Positions 61,090 to 64,000 of a stretch of DNA of 64,000 nt are shown here, one piece after another. Below the pieces are notes generated by a model that ran no database searches, was not told the origin of the DNA, and was given only the letters and a program-made list of their open reading frames with translations. The stretch comes from Balanoglossus misakiensis (taxonomy: Eukaryota; Animalia; Hemichordata), in the NCBI GenBank assembly GCA_040954595.2, contig CM082578.2, positions 13,020,520 to 13,084,519 on the forward strand, given 5' to 3'. Position 1 is the stretch's first letter; every line of letters starts with the position of its first letter. Both the position numbers and the translations under genes were made by a program.

Positions 61090-63832
61090 ATGTGTTTTCA
61101 TCAAATGATCCATGTTATGATTCTGAATAATGCCGTGGACTTCACCATGAAATCAACTGTCATAAAACACACGCGCTTTATATCCAGCGTGCCTTCTTTC
61201 AGACGTATTTCTCGATTTGTTTTATTGTGTGCAAGTAAGTAAGTAGCAACGCTGCATGGAGATATATTTTCACGCAAGACATGAGCCTTCTGTTGTACTA
61301 GTATTCTTTTTTTGGTGGGCATGCTAATGTCATACAAGGACACGTTAAAATATGCTTTCCTATTTCAAAAGTGGCAGATGGTGCTAATTGTTCAGTTCAC
61401 ATATGGAAAGTACAGGAAAGACGTTTTATATCAAGGCCAGCACCTAAGTATATGCGCTGTGTTAGCATACGAAGCCACGGCGCGGTGGAACTTAAGTTGC
61501 TAAAGCACCACAAGCGCCCAACCATCGCTGAAACCGTTGTTTGAAAGACTATGATTTCTGTTAATACCGTTTATAATCAGCCACTCGTGAGCGTTTTTTG
61601 ACCCAATATTTCCGTGGCTGCCCGTCCGTTGAACAACAGCACGAATCAGTTTTCAATCATAATTTCGCAGCGGGTTTCTTGGACTCAATACATTGATTTG
61701 TGGACAGATGTACATTTGTAGGCATTTGGCGCCTACTTCATGGCTGTTGGGCTCCCGCAGTTTTCAAATTACTTGGCAAGCAAACCGCACGGCGCTGAAA
61801 TGAATTGCTCGAAGCAGAGAAAAAATACGGAGACTGCTATAATTGCCGCTCCTCCGTTGCGTAAATCAAGCGACACCGAATTGATGTTGTAATATATTTA
61901 GCCTTTTAGAGAAATCACCAGTTCATATGATGTAATTAAAGGATAGGTCTGCAGTGGCCCCTGCAATCTATGGCACCATAAGCTGAAAATTTCATTACAC
62001 AATATATTGAGTGTTGTCACTTCTAATCACATTTTCCAAAAGGCTAATATGAAGATATTTTAACGTTCCAGAACGAATGCAACACACGGACTAATATAAC
62101 TTTAAGTATTTTCTCAGTATTTTTGTTTTCAGTTACTAAGGCTTGGGGCTTTAACACATTATTGTCACATTAAGTATTTTCAAGTTGGCTGTATTACATT
62201 CATATACTTGTAAGTCAATTGGAAAGATATTTTTTATTTCAAAGCCAATGATATTTTGTTGTTGAGTCGAAAGTCGACATAGCCTTCTGGCATGCGTGAC
62301 AATACATTGTGAACTAAATCTTTAATCTATATCACCACAATATCAAGCGCACTTCGTCACATCTTTCACTGGGGTTGTATGTTCAGAGGAGCCAGTGTGT
62401 AAGCGTAAGAGTACATACATGCATTGTATTTCAGTTGCTCGGGAGACTGGGTGATCTCATACATTAGTGGATATGTCGTGGGCAACCTTTTGATTCTTGT
62501 TCCTATCCCCAACGAGAAATTCTGGCGCACACGTGTATCTTAAAAAAGAGCAGTTCTGTAGAATATTTTAATGATTGCATACTTCATTCACCCGTACGGC
62601 CTGCTGCCATTTACCCACCCACGATTCTCGCCCGATCGAGCGCCAGCGAACATTCAGTATGAGGTTTTTTGAGATTAACCGAATCTACTCTAAAGCGTTA
62701 TTGCGCCTAATCCGATTAACAGAGACACGCCGTTTCTAGGAAATACCACAATGCATCTGTAGCAAAAAGTCGGATAATTGTAACAATATACATGTGCTGG
62801 CATACTGTGGCTATTTTAGGTAACACAATGCACTACAAGAATTAGCTCAAAGCGTTCACTCCAATCCATAGCACATGAAAGATTATCATGGTGGTCACAA
62901 AACATGTTTTAATGCAATCTCACGTCGCAACACGACATTTTATTATCAGAAAAACAATCGAGATGAGAACATCAATCAATCAATCTTTTTCCCCACCAAG
63001 AGTAAAATGTACCAGTATCATTTGTAAGCAAATGCGTTAAGGCAAACGGGCATTAAGTTATTAAGGTCACTTAATCTCGAATGTTCATATAACAATTTAT
63101 TTATTAGGTGAGTTTGACTCTCAAGAAAGAAAGGACACCCGTGTAGAGACAGTATTTATTGCTTCACTAGTGATTTGATCCCGGCTTTCGCGGGCGACGC
63201 TTTCCCCTATGATGTGTCATTTATCACGTGAAGCAGTTATCATAAATATGTGTAACAGAATACCCTTTGGATCGTAAAGCGCGTCGTTACCAACAGATGA
63301 CAGTCGTTTGTTCTTGATGTATCTAAATTAAGGGAATCAACTGATCAATGGCGATCCATCCATCATGCCACCAAACTCTACTGTGAATTTTTTTAACCTG
63401 CTTGGAATTTATCGGTGGTGGGCACACTGACAAAGCAGAATATTAATGTGCACTTGATTTATACCATACTCACCACGTGTTTTCCGGAAATGATTTTGAT
63501 CATTGGCCCAACTCATGGTCTGCATCGCAGATAAAAGCACACAAAAAGGGGTAAACTGACACACGTCATGTTTATGCAGTGAAGTCTAACCCAGATGGTT
63601 TTATCGCTTGTTATGCTGGAGCAATGTTCATAAAATTTTACATCAAGTGTACAGTTTCATCTGCGTCAATGTGCGCGTCCCCGCCTTGAAATGTTAAGCT
63701 TTAAACGGGAACGCACTCTATGTATAATTATTCTTCAGGATAATTTCTTAAGCGAAAAATAAACAACATCTGAGCAGCTAGTTGTTTAAGAAGTGCCCCA
63801 ATATTTTTAAATAGTGTTTAATTTGTTGGGCT

Positions 63833-63866
63833 ATGTATGTATGTATGTATGTATGTATGTATGTAT
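63833..63866. repeat. (TATG)n microsatellite
   Basis: About 8 perfect units. Confidence 0.9.
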
Positions 63867-64000
63867 CACCACTTTGAACCCATTAAAATACAACATGACA
63901 AAAATAGATCTCACGTCACAGTCATGCTCCAATTGCATATTGGGTCGATCAGGGCAGAATTTACGGAAACATGATCAATATTTTCGTAGAAATCGAGATA

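Noticed and set aside
1-64000. CRISPR arrays, rRNA, tRNA, autonomous transposase or reverse-transcriptase ORFs
   Set aside because: None seen. The repeats are short tandem or palindromic types without regular unique spacers, and the DNA is eukaryotic.

Overview
Eukaryotic, intron-rich, AT-rich genomic DNA. Gene style suggests an invertebrate deuterostome (hemichordate, echinoderm or amphioxus), but this is inference only. There are no prokaryotic features. (1) Most of an IQSEC/BRAG-family Arf-GEF gene (IQ-Sec7-PH) lies on +. Twelve phase-compatible GT-AG exons run from 19900 to the stop at 32161, and the ~20 kb upstream is probably intron, with one candidate alternative first exon at 8054-8217. 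The 3' end has a symmetric cassette exon and candidate alternative last exons. (2) An intact 488-aa CYP2-clan cytochrome P450 with three coding exons (35771-37609) carries several atypical motif substitutions. (3) About 16 kb without a recognisable gene contains palindromic and MITE-like elements. (4) Two tandem, paralogous rhodopsin-class GPCRs with intronless CDS lie at 54840-55973 and 59962-61089. By eye the sequence switches from CpG-poor to CpG-rich near 35 kb, as expected at a gene-body methylation boundary. I found no clearly new biological system. The best leads are the regulated IQSEC C-terminal splicing, the divergent P450 and the unusual GPCR pair.
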